DNA from: Verrucomicrobiales bacterium
GTDB lineage: Bacteria > Verrucomicrobiota > Verrucomicrobiia > Verrucomicrobiales > V1-33
Direction: 5' to 3'
Length of the DNA stretch: 29,323 nucleotides
NCBI GenBank assembly: GCA_031411295.1
Contig: JANOAV010000133.1
Span: 1-29,323 of the forward strand
Below the pieces are notes generated by a model. The model did no database searches and had not been told where the DNA came from. It saw only the letters and a program-made list of their open reading frames with translations. Both the position numbers and the translations under genes were made by a program. Shown piece after piece: positions 8,682 through 17,564 of this stretch. Numbering within the stretch: position 1 is the first letter of the stretch; each line of letters starts with the position of its first letter.

Positions 8682-9302
8682 CTACTTCTTGGACGGGTCT
8701 TCTTTCTTCAGCTTCGCCATTTCTTTGAAGTCGAAATTTTTGGCGAAGATTACCATTTCGTTTTCCTTGAGGTTGGGGCTGGTGAGCTTGAAGAGAATGC
8801 CGCTGCCGATCCAGACGTTGAGTTCTCCACCTTCGCCTGTTTTCTTGACCAGGGCTTCCTTGCCGTCCACGCGCCGGATTTCGAAGCCTGCGCCTTGGGC
8901 GATGGTGGGATTAGTCAGCAATGGCGTGAGTTGGGCGACCATGGGGGAATCCAGGATCAGTTCCGCCTTGATCGACTTGTCCTTATTTTCATAACTCCGC
9001 CGCCAGGCCGAGGTTCCACCAAGGATGCCTGCATCCTGCTTTTCCGCCTTGAGGCTGGTCCAGCCGTTGACTGCGGGCAGGAGGAAAGCGGCCCGGTCCC
9101 CCCGGCGGGCATCCACCAATTTACGCGCGGCTTCCAGATCTTCTGCGGTCCCGTTGAGATCCGCTTTCTGATACTTTTGCATCGCGCTGCGCATGAGATC
9201 CGTGACGGCATCTTTCAGCTCCGTTGCTTTCGGAGGAAGCTGGGCCAGCGCGGCGGTGGAGAAGAAGCTGGTAGCACAGATGATCGTTTGGAGGGTCTTC
9301 AT
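8682..9302 (-). CDS. Exported hypothetical protein
   Basis: 206 aa with signal peptide MKTLQTIICATSFFSTAALA. Confidence 0.8.
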   Translation of the reverse strand: MKTLQTIICATSFFSTAALAQLPPKATELKDAVTDLMRSAMQKYQKADLNGTAEDLEAARKLVDARRGDRAAFLLPAVNGWTSLKAEKQDAGILGGTSAWRRSYENKDKSIKAELILDSPMVAQLTPLLTNPTIAQGAGFEIRRVDGKEALVKKTGEGGELNVWIGSGILFKLTSPNLKENEMVIFAKNFDFKEMAKLKKEDPSKK

Positions 9303-9366
9303 GGGATTAATGGATGATGGTGCAATCGGACGGTGAATGGATGCTGGGGCGCGAGAGGCCGGAACG

Positions 9367-10170
9367 CTAGGCTGCTACGGTATCGCCTTGCGGCTGCGGT
9401 TGCGGTTGCTGCCGACTGAGGAACTCCTCTGCCAAGGCGCGATAGGCTTGAGTGGCTTTGCCGTTGGGGTCATATTCGACCAGGGCTTGCTCGAAGCTCT
9501 GGCTTTCTGCCACCGCAATGCTGCGGGGGATGACGGCTTGGTAAACGACATTTTCAAAGACCCGCCGGACCTCCTCGACGACCGACCGGCTATGCGAGGT
9601 GCGGCTGTCATACATGGTCATCAAGATGCCTTCCAGGGAGACGTGAGGATTCACGCCGCTGGCGGCAATCTGGTCATGAATGTCCACGATACGGGCCAGA
9701 CCTTCGAGGCCGAAGTATTCGCATTGGATGGGAATGAGCAACCCATCCGCCGCCGCCAGGGACGACGTCATCAGCACGCCGAGCGAGGGCGGACAGTCAA
9801 TGATGAGGAAATCGAACTGATTGGTCTCCTTGAGCGGTTGCAGCACATCATAGAGCCGGGTGAGATGATTTTCCGCCCGCACTAATTCCACTTCGCATCC
9901 CGCCAATTCCATGGCCGCAGGGATGATGGATAGGTTGGGAAAGCGCGTGGGCAGAATTTTTCCGGCCAGGGTGTCATGGCCCAGAAGGACGCGATACAGG
10001 CTCTGACCTTCGGCGGCCCGGTGTCCCAAGCCACTGCTGGCATTCCCTTGCGGATCCATGTCCAACAGCAGGACCCGTGCGCCACGTTGGGCCAGACAGG
10101 CTGACAGATTGGTGGCGGTGGTCGTTTTTCCGACTCCTCCTTTTTGGTTCGCGATGGCAATGATTTTCAT
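9367..10170 (-). CDS. parA: ParA/Soj family ATPase
   Basis: Start at ATG 10170 (MKIIAIANQKGGVGKTT, deviant Walker A). Also DMDPQGNAS, IIDCPPSLG and PIQCEYFGLEG motifs. No parB in the window. Confidence 0.93.
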   Translation of the reverse strand: MKIIAIANQKGGVGKTTTATNLSACLAQRGARVLLLDMDPQGNASSGLGHRAAEGQSLYRVLLGHDTLAGKILPTRFPNLSIIPAAMELAGCEVELVRAENHLTRLYDVLQPLKETNQFDFLIIDCPPSLGVLMTSSLAAADGLLIPIQCEYFGLEGLARIVDIHDQIAASGVNPHVSLEGILMTMYDSRTSHSRSVVEEVRRVFENVVYQAVIPRSIAVAESQSFEQALVEYDPNGKATQAYRALAEEFLSRQQPQPQPQGDTVAA

Positions 10171-10327
10171 GGGAAATAAAATGGCTGGGGACAACACTGG
10201 TTGCCGCACGCGGTGATATTCCACAAGAATATCTGCTTTGCCAGTGGAAACCACACACAATTGATGTAAATGATGCCGAGCTGGCCCAGCTGCTGCTGCT
10301 GCGGTCTCCTATTATTTTTTCCTCCCT

Positions 10328-11203
10328 ATGAAATCTTACCTTCTCCGTTTTGGCTTCCTGCTGCCACTGATTGGCTTGGTGTCCTGCACCAATACGCCCC
10401 CGGTTGGCCCTGGCACCACCAACTACCCTGGCAACTATCCCGCGCCCCCGCCCCCGCCAGTGGCTGTGTTCCGTCCCTCTTCTCCAGCGCCAGTGTTGCG
10501 CTGTGGCAGTTATATTCTGATCGATGCCAATACCGGACGCACGTTGGCGGCCAATGGGGCGGACACGCCTCGGCAGGTTGCCTCCACCCAAAAATTACTC
10601 ACCGCGTTGGTGGTTGTGAAGTCGGGAAACTTAGACCGCAACTTGCGCGTGGAGGCATCCGATATCCGGGTCGAGCCTACGAAATTAGGACTGCGGCCGG
10701 GGGAGGTCATTTCCCGTCGGGAGTTGCTTTACGCGTTTCTCGTTAAGAGTGGCAACGATGGGGCCAATGCCCTGGCCCGGGACAATGCGGGCAGCATTTC
10801 CGCCTTTGTGCAGCGGATGAATGGGCTGGCCCGGCATTATGGAGCCACCAATTCCCGTTTTATTACTCCTCACGGTCTGCATGCTCCCGGGCAGCACTCC
10901 ACCGCCCGGGATATGGCCCGCATCGCCATGGCGGCCTATCGGGAGCCCACGATTCGGGATGCGGTGCGGCGGGGGTATTTCACTTTCCACGGTCACAGCC
11001 TGCGTAATACGAATGAGCTGCTCGTCAAAATGTCGGAGTGCGATGGGATGAAAACTGGCTACACCAGCGGGGCTGGCAAATGCCTTATTTCCAGCGCGCA
11101 CCGGGGGGGGCGGGCCGTGATTCTGGTGCAGTTAGGAAGTCACATCCCTCACATCTGGGCGGACGGTCAGGCCATGATGGATTGGGGGCTCTCCAACTTA
11201 TAG
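10328..11203 (+). CDS. D-alanyl-D-alanine carboxypeptidase (peptidase S11), lipoprotein
   Basis: Lipobox LVSC. SxxK (ASTQK), SxN (SGN) and KTG (GMKTGYT) motifs, plus PHGL and STARDMA. Confidence 0.92.
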   Translation: MKSYLLRFGFLLPLIGLVSCTNTPPVGPGTTNYPGNYPAPPPPPVAVFRPSSPAPVLRCGSYILIDANTGRTLAANGADTPRQVASTQKLLTALVVVKSGNLDRNLRVEASDIRVEPTKLGLRPGEVISRRELLYAFLVKSGNDGANALARDNAGSISAFVQRMNGLARHYGATNSRFITPHGLHAPGQHSTARDMARIAMAAYREPTIRDAVRRGYFTFHGHSLRNTNELLVKMSECDGMKTGYTSGAGKCLISSAHRGGRAVILVQLGSHIPHIWADGQAMMDWGLSNL

Positions 11204-11231
11204 CGTCTGCGTGGCGGGCAAATTCTAAATT

Positions 11232-11957
11232 ATGGATCTGAGCATCATCATTCCCGCCTATAACGAAGCCAAGCGTCTGCCCGGCACCCTGGCGGTGTTA
11301 GCAGCTGGCCAGGCGGCCTTGGCAGAAATGGGGATTGTGAGCGAAGGTCTCGTGGTGGATAACAATTCTACGGATGGCACCGCTGCCGTGGCGCAAGCCG
11401 CCGGACTGCGGGTGATTTCCGAACCGATCAATCAGATCGGCCGGGCGCGGAACACCGGAGCCCGGGTTGGGGTGGGGGACTGGCTGCTCTTTCTCGATGC
11501 CGATTCCCATCCGCCGGTTGGCTTGTGGCAGGATCTGGGCCGCACTCTGGCAGACGGGGCCATCATTGGTGGCGGCTCCGTGCTCCAACTGGATGGGAAT
11601 TTCTTCGCCTACGGTCTCGCGCTGAAATTTTGGAATGCGTGGTCGCGCTGGTCGCACGAAGCCGCCGGGGCCTTCCTGTTCTGTCGGCGTTCGGCCTTCG
11701 TGGCCGTCGGCGGATTCGACGAGACCTTCTTTGCGGGTGAGGAAATCGATTTTTGCCGTCGCCTCAAGCGACATGCCCGCCCGCTGGGCCAGCAGTTGCG
11801 CATCCTGCGTGATCACCCGCTGGTGACTTCCGCTCGCAAAGCCGAACTCTACACCACCGGGGAATTCCTCCGATTTTTTGCCCGCACCATCCTCGGCGGC
11901 GGCCGCACTCTGCGCAAAAGAGAGGATTGCCCAATCTGGTATGATGGGCGAAGGTAG
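11232..11957 (+). CDS. Glycosyltransferase family 2
   Basis: SIIIPAYNE, VVDNNSTDGT, ARNTGA, LFLDAD (DxD), GGFDE. Confidence 0.93.
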   Translation: MDLSIIIPAYNEAKRLPGTLAVLAAGQAALAEMGIVSEGLVVDNNSTDGTAAVAQAAGLRVISEPINQIGRARNTGARVGVGDWLLFLDADSHPPVGLWQDLGRTLADGAIIGGGSVLQLDGNFFAYGLALKFWNAWSRWSHEAAGAFLFCRRSAFVAVGGFDETFFAGEEIDFCRRLKRHARPLGQQLRILRDHPLVTSARKAELYTTGEFLRFFARTILGGGRTLRKREDCPIWYDGRR

Positions 11958-12003
11958 GGCCGCCGATCCATCGTCGGCTCCTCCAGCCACATTTTCCTAA
12001 ACC

Positions 12004-14472
12004 GTGCAACGACTCCTTCTTCTCCTAACATTTACGTCCTTCGCCACTGCCGCTCCCGACTCCCCGGAGTTGAAGGCGGCGGAGCAAGCATTGCACGACC
12101 AATTGCCGGAGGTGGCCCTCACCAAGCTGGAACGGCTCCTCGCCAGCCCGAAGTTGCCCGAAGGCACGCAGCAGCGGGCGCTGATGCTTTACGTAGAAGC
12201 CGCGGTGCGTTCCGGGAAAGCCGATCGTGGCATCGAACTAACGGAGAAAAGCGCCCTGAGCGCTGAACCCGAACTCGCCTTCTGGCGGGCGGCCGCATTG
12301 CAAGCCGTCGGGCGATACCGGGAGGCGCTGGAGTTGCTGGAAAAACTGCCCACAGAGGAAACCTGGAGTCTGCAGGCGCAGGCGAAATTCAATCAAGCCG
12401 CCGTGCTGCTTGGGCTCGGTGATACGGCTGAAGCCATTACGCTGCTGCGGCAGGAGAGTCAGTCCAAAGACCGCGCCATCAGCCAGCGAGCCCAGCTCTG
12501 GCTGGCGGAAGCTCAGTTGCAGCAGCAGGATCTGCCTGCGGCCCAGGCCACCTTGGCGGCCCTGCCGACGGGAGGGGGCGAGGCGCAGAAACAATACCTC
12601 CTGGGGAAATTGGAATTTGCCCAAGGGCACGGATCGGCCGCCGCCCAGCGTTTTGCCCAAGTCGTGGCCTCAACGGAACCTGCGGCCCGCAGCCTTCATT
12701 TGCCGGCGTTACTCGGCGTGGCGCGCAGCCAGCGGGTGCAGGATCAAAAGGCCGCCGCCGCCCGCACCTTGGCGGAACTCATTGCGGCCAGCCCGGCTCC
12801 TGCGTTCCTGGAATTAGCGTTTCAGGAATTCCGCCTCGTCAACACGCCGCCAGACCCGGAGTTGGACAAAATGTTGCTCGGCTGGTCTGACAGCACGGAT
12901 GCGGCCGTCAATGCCCCCGCCCTGCTGGGGCTCATCGAAGCACGCGAGACATCCGTCAAAATCGAAGAAGCGCTGCAACTCTGCGCCACCTTTCTCAAGA
13001 AATATCCCACCCATCCGCTGCTCGTCGAAGTGCTGCTGCGTCAGTCCCGCATGTTAATTGCCCAGGGCAAAGGGGATGTCGTCGTGCAACTGCTGGCGCC
13101 ACTCCAGCAACCCAGCCAGCCCCCGCAAGTGCAAGCTTGGGCCACCGAAGTGCTGGGCTACGCCAAGTTGCGGGCGGGAAATTTCAGCGAAGCCGTCAAA
13201 GCCTTTAAAGTCGTGACCCAGAAAACCCCGGAACCCGAGAAACGCCTGCTCGCCACGTATCAGGCCGCCTTGGCCAAGCTCCAAGCCAGCGCTCCGGATG
13301 CCCTGCCGGACTTGAGTGAAGTTTCTCTGACCCCGGCCCTGGACGCTGATCTGCAACTCGAGCGCGGCCTCTACGCGGCTTCCAAGGCGGCGCCCAATAC
13401 CGAGCGCTACCTCCAAACATTTCTCAAACGGCACTCCGACCATCCGCGAGCCTTTATGGGAGCCCTCGCCTTGGCTGAATACTCTCTCCAGAAAGCCAGC
13501 AGCCTGCCAGACGTGCTCCGCAACCGCATCCAAACGGCAGCGCAATTGGCCAAAACCCCAGCGGATCAGGAGCGCGTCACGATCCTTTCCCTGCATGCCG
13601 ATTCCCTCACCGCCACGACCGAGGTCTTCGCCAAAAAGGCCGATGAGTTCCTTAGCTCCCATCCTCCCGGTTCACCGGGGCGGTCCGACCTCCTTTTCAA
13701 ACTGGCTGAGCGCCTCCACAACGCCCAGGAATACGCCCCGGCCAAAGTGCGCTTCCTTCAACTTGTCAAAGAAGAGCCGGATTCGGCCGAAGTGGAAGCC
13801 GCACTGTTCTTTGCTGGCAAAGCCTCGCTGGCCCTAGGCGTCCTTGCCAAAGGATCCGAAGACGAAGCTATTAAACTTTGGGATCAAGTAGCTCAGGGCA
13901 AGGGGCCACTGCGCCTCCAGGCACGGTTGGAGCAAGGAAAGCTCGACCAACGACGTGACCGTGACCCAGCCGCCGCGCTGCAGATCTTCGATGCGATTCT
14001 AAAATCCGTTCCTCCCCCAGACGCGTCCCTGAAGTATCAAGTGCTCTGCCTCCGGGGCGAGACCCTCTTGGTGCAGGGACTGGAGATCCCGGCAAAAGTT
14101 GAGGAGGCCCTAGCCACCTTCGACCAAATCATCACCAGCAACACTGCGAGCATTTACTGGCGACAGCAGGCGCTGGTCCGTAAGGGTGACTGTTTCGTGA
14201 ACCTCAAAAAAGAACCCGAGGCCATCGAGACCTACTACGAGGCCATGAATCTCACTCCTCCGGCCACCACTGCCTCCGCCGCTGAAGCCGATAATTTCTG
14301 GTTCTTCCGGGCTGGTGAAAAGGCCATCCGACTGCTCGAAGCCAAACAGAATTGGAAAGGAGCCCTGGCCATTGCCCAAAAACTGGCGGAAGCGCCCGGG
14401 CCCCGCGCGGACAGTTCCCGGGAACATGCCAACCGGCTCATCACCGAGCATTATTTGTGGCAGGATGACTAA
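12004..14472 (+). CDS. Exported tetratricopeptide-repeat protein
   Basis: GTG start, signal peptide, and many TPR-like helical pairs (FLKKYPTHPL, FLKRHSDHPRA, QALVRKGDCF). Confidence 0.85.
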   Translation: MQRLLLLLTFTSFATAAPDSPELKAAEQALHDQLPEVALTKLERLLASPKLPEGTQQRALMLYVEAAVRSGKADRGIELTEKSALSAEPELAFWRAAALQAVGRYREALELLEKLPTEETWSLQAQAKFNQAAVLLGLGDTAEAITLLRQESQSKDRAISQRAQLWLAEAQLQQQDLPAAQATLAALPTGGGEAQKQYLLGKLEFAQGHGSAAAQRFAQVVASTEPAARSLHLPALLGVARSQRVQDQKAAAARTLAELIAASPAPAFLELAFQEFRLVNTPPDPELDKMLLGWSDSTDAAVNAPALLGLIEARETSVKIEEALQLCATFLKKYPTHPLLVEVLLRQSRMLIAQGKGDVVVQLLAPLQQPSQPPQVQAWATEVLGYAKLRAGNFSEAVKAFKVVTQKTPEPEKRLLATYQAALAKLQASAPDALPDLSEVSLTPALDADLQLERGLYAASKAAPNTERYLQTFLKRHSDHPRAFMGALALAEYSLQKASSLPDVLRNRIQTAAQLAKTPADQERVTILSLHADSLTATTEVFAKKADEFLSSHPPGSPGRSDLLFKLAERLHNAQEYAPAKVRFLQLVKEEPDSAEVEAALFFAGKASLALGVLAKGSEDEAIKLWDQVAQGKGPLRLQARLEQGKLDQRRDRDPAAALQIFDAILKSVPPPDASLKYQVLCLRGETLLVQGLEIPAKVEEALATFDQIITSNTASIYWRQQALVRKGDCFVNLKKEPEAIETYYEAMNLTPPATTASAAEADNFWFFRAGEKAIRLLEAKQNWKGALAIAQKLAEAPGPRADSSREHANRLITEHYLWQDD

Positions 14473-14540
14473 TTTTCAGATTTTCATTGGGCGGTTACCC
14501 GTGGGCGGTCGGTTGAAACTGAAAAAATAATTTCAAAGAA

Positions 14541-14568
14541 TGTAACCAGTTACAAATTGGGCCGTCTA
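14541..14568 (+). promoter_or_regulatory. Candidate ECF-type promoter with an overlapping palindrome, upstream of the EF-hand gene
   Basis: TGTAAC-N16-CGTCTA. The -35 box is half of the inverted repeat TGTAAC-ca-GTTACA (14541-14554). Confidence 0.5.
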
Positions 14569-14657
14569 GACTCTTGAAGCCAATCGTGGTTTGATCCCAT
14601 CAACACTGTGAGCGGCTCACCTTCCCATCATTAATCCACCCTGTAATAATTAATCAA

Positions 14658-15308
14658 ATGAAACTAACCTACCTCGCTCTCACCACCCTGGCCCTCTTGG
14701 GTTCCAGCCTCTCTGCTCAAGCCGCCGACAGAACCTTCGGAGATGGTTCGCTGCCTGACTTCCTCAAACCATTCGACGTCAATGATGACGGCAAACTCGA
14801 TGAAAATGAGCGCCAAGCCGCCAAAGCCGCGCTCAAGGAAAAGGCCAAAGAGAAGCATGAAGATTTCCTCACCAAGTGGGACACCAACAAAGATGGCAAG
14901 CTGGACGCAGATGAACTCAAAGCCGCGCGCGATGCTCAAAAAGCCAAAGTCGAAGAACTCCGCACCAAGCGCTTCAACGACGCCGATAAAGATGATGATG
15001 GCCTCCTCAGCCTGGCTGAGTTCACCGCCACGATTCCGACAGGTGTCCTGCCTCCGGGAGCTGCGGCACTGATCTTCGCCCACCTGGACACAGATGGCAC
15101 CCCAGGCATCAGCTTGGCAGAATTCTTGGCCGGTTGCGGACCACGTCCTCCAGCAGGCGGCGGCGGCGGCACTCCTCCTCCGACCCCAACCCTGCCAGAC
15201 TGGATCAAACCCTATGACCTCAACCATAACGGTATCCTTGAGCCCAGCGAAGATCAGGCCCTCCGGGCGGATATTGCTTCCGGCAAAGTCGTTCCCCCAA
15301 CCCGTTAA
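14658..15308 (+). CDS. Secreted EF-hand calcium-binding protein
   Basis: Signal peptide and five EF-hand-like loops (DVNDDGKLDENE, DTNKDGKLDADE, DKDDDGLLSLAE, DTDGTPGISLAE, DLNHNGILEPSE). Confidence 0.88.
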   Translation: MKLTYLALTTLALLGSSLSAQAADRTFGDGSLPDFLKPFDVNDDGKLDENERQAAKAALKEKAKEKHEDFLTKWDTNKDGKLDADELKAARDAQKAKVEELRTKRFNDADKDDDGLLSLAEFTATIPTGVLPPGAAALIFAHLDTDGTPGISLAEFLAGCGPRPPAGGGGGTPPPTPTLPDWIKPYDLNHNGILEPSEDQALRADIASGKVVPPTR

Positions 15309-15358
15309 TTCTCCTTATTTTTGCTGGACAATTTTCCAGCAAATCTCTTAGGCTCTTG

Positions 15359-15390
15359 GGAGCGGTCTGCTATGGCAGGCCGCTCCTTTT
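15359..15390 (+). terminator. Rho-independent terminator after the EF-hand gene
   Basis: GGAGCGGTCTGC-tatg-GCAGGCCGCTCC (12-bp stem, one G-U pair) followed by TTTT. Confidence 0.7.
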
Positions 15391-15415
15391 CACATCCCCC
15401 GCACTCCCTTTGGCC

Positions 15416-16579
15416 ATGATTCCACCGTCCCCCCTTCGCGAATCAGGGATCTTCCCACAGTTCCTCTTGATCTGCCTCCTGACTTCCTTCGCAGCTTCGG
15501 CTGTTGGGCAAACTACGCTCTATAGCACGGATTTTGAAGCACCCTTCGTTCCCGGCACGAAAGCTCTCACTGGAACAGATAGTTGGACCGTCGCAGCCAG
15601 CGGTCTTACCTCCACCGTTGCGGCCACTCAGCCGGTCTATGGGGTGGATGCGGGCAAGGTCGTGGGATTGGGACAGACCGCTTTTATCGGTTCCGAGACC
15701 CCGCTCAATACCAGTTCACTCTATAGCGCTTACCGGCCGACGCCCGTAACCTCGTTTGCCGCCAATCCTTTAATTCGGTTTACGGCCACGCTTGGTTTTA
15801 CAAAATCTTTTGATGTGAAGGATTCCAATGGGATTCCCACCGGAATCCAGTATGCCAGCCTGGGTCGAAAGGACACCTTCCGCCTGGCCTTTTATAACAA
15901 CGGCATCAACAACGACGGGGTCACCCGCAAAGTAATGGCCAGCATTGAGTGGCCCACTTACACCACCACTGATACCGCCAGTGGTTCCATCTATCGGGGC
16001 GACAGCAGCACGGACATCCAGGGTAAAGCCAACGCGTTCACCACGGATGTGGACATCATTTACGACGAACCACTCCAGTTGAACGTGCTCATCAATTTCC
16101 AGACCAACCGCTGGAGCGCTACGCTCGGAGGCAGTCCCTTGTTTATTGATACCGTATTTCGCAGTCCCACCAACGCTGCCTCCATTCCATTAACAGGTTT
16201 CGGCATGGTCGTGGCCCAATGGGCCATTACTCCGTATTACTCCCCACTGGACATTAATCGGACCAATCCGTTCTATGATCACCCCGGTAACAATTGGATG
16301 CTCTTCGACGATTGGACCATCACCAGCGAACCACTTGCACAAATGAGCGTCAGCAAAATTGAACGCGTCTCCAATAACGCCAAGCTTACCTGGGCCACCG
16401 AATTGGGATATTCCTACCGCGTGGAATACTCCACCAACCTGAGCACTTGGCTCAAGATGCTGCCCCTCATTACCCCAACCCAAAGCTCAAATAATCAGAC
16501 CTTCACGGACCCCAACGTGATCTCAGGCAATCGTTATTACCGCGTTCGTCGAGGTCTCACGGGAACCTCCGGCCTGTAG
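15416..16579 (+). CDS. Secreted beta-rich protein with a C-terminal W..G.Y.VEYS.NL..W...YYR module
   Basis: Start at ATG 15416, downstream of the terminator. Signal peptide ending ASAVG-Q. C-terminus LTWATELGYSYRVEYSTNLSTW..RYYRVRR. Confidence 0.8.
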   Translation: MIPPSPLRESGIFPQFLLICLLTSFAASAVGQTTLYSTDFEAPFVPGTKALTGTDSWTVAASGLTSTVAATQPVYGVDAGKVVGLGQTAFIGSETPLNTSSLYSAYRPTPVTSFAANPLIRFTATLGFTKSFDVKDSNGIPTGIQYASLGRKDTFRLAFYNNGINNDGVTRKVMASIEWPTYTTTDTASGSIYRGDSSTDIQGKANAFTTDVDIIYDEPLQLNVLINFQTNRWSATLGGSPLFIDTVFRSPTNAASIPLTGFGMVVAQWAITPYYSPLDINRTNPFYDHPGNNWMLFDDWTITSEPLAQMSVSKIERVSNNAKLTWATELGYSYRVEYSTNLSTWLKMLPLITPTQSSNNQTFTDPNVISGNRYYRVRRGLTGTSGL

Positions 16580-16754
16580 GTAAGTGCATTATGTGCTCGG
16601 GCGAGTGCACGGTGATGTGAAGCCGGGAATAGGATGCCATGGGGAACGCCTGCAGGGAGAGCTTTACGCTGGGACCATTGGGCGCTTTCTTTAAGCGCGT
16701 GTTGAGGGCAGTTTTCGCGCTTGCGCAGAGGAGGTGGGGTGTCAATTTTTCGGC

Positions 16755-17497
16755 ATGGAAATCTTATCGCAGCTTGAGAGCGTGCGTTCGGGGCTGTTCC
16801 CGGCTACGCAGTGGTCCCTTGTGCTTGATGCGCGGGAAGGATCGGTGGGGGCGTTGGAGGCTTTGGGGCGGTTGGCTAGGGCTTATTGGCGGCCTTTGTA
16901 TGTATTTGTGCGGCAGCGGGGGTTGGATCATGAGGATGCAGCGGATGCGGTGCAGGGTTCTTTGCCCATTTGCTAACAAAGGATATTTTGCATGCGGTGG
17001 AGCGGAGGGAGACGTGGTTTCGTTCGTTTTTATTGCATTGTTTTACGAATTGGTTGGTTTCTGCGCAGCGTAAATCGGCGGCGGCTAAACGGGGAGGAAA
17101 GGTCTTTCATGTGCCGCTTTCGGAGTTTGATTCTGAGAGTAGCGCGGTGATGGCGCGGGAGGATGAGGCTCCGGAGGTGGCGTTTGATCGGCGGTGGGCG
17201 CAGACGGTGTTTCAGCGGGCGCAGGAGCGGTTGGCGTTGGAGTTGGCTGCGCAGGCTAAGGCGGAGTATTTGCAGGAGTTGAGTCGGAGGGTGTTTCATC
17301 CGGGGCCAGCGGGGCCGCAGTGGGGGGAGTTGGCACGGCGTTATGGTTTGAGTGAGGGGGCCGTGCGGAAGGCGGCGTTGGATCTGCGGGGTCGGTTTGC
17401 GGGGTTGCTGCGGGCGGAGGTGCTGGAGGTGGTGAGTGATCCAACGGAGGTGGATGCGGAGTTGCGCTATTTGTTTGAACTGCTTGCGAGCGGTTGA
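16755..17497 (+). pseudogene. ECF sigma-70 factor, frameshifted (unit 1)
   Basis: MEILSQ..FPATQWSLV..RAYWRPLYVFVRQRG..DAADAVQG continues in another frame as (FFAHL)LTKDIL..ELRYLFELLASG. Alignment to paralog 22673-23419 shows one base missing at 16955-16959, giving TAA at 16974-16976. Confidence 0.88.
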
Positions 17498-17535
17498 GGT
17501 TTTGAACCGGGTGCCAAGTTTTGAGTTTTTAATTT

Positions 17536-17564
17536 TGTAACATTCTGTCGCGTTTGGCGTGAAT
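17536..17564 (+). promoter_or_regulatory. Candidate ECF promoter upstream of kinase 1
   Basis: TGTAACAT-N14-CGTGAAT. An in-frame GTG at 17571 lies 7 nt after CGTGAA. Confidence 0.55.

Noticed and set aside
16950..16976. Programmed frameshift or phase-variable tract in ECF1
   Set aside because: Only GGG/TT runs occur at the lesion; there is no long homopolymer or canonical slippery heptamer.
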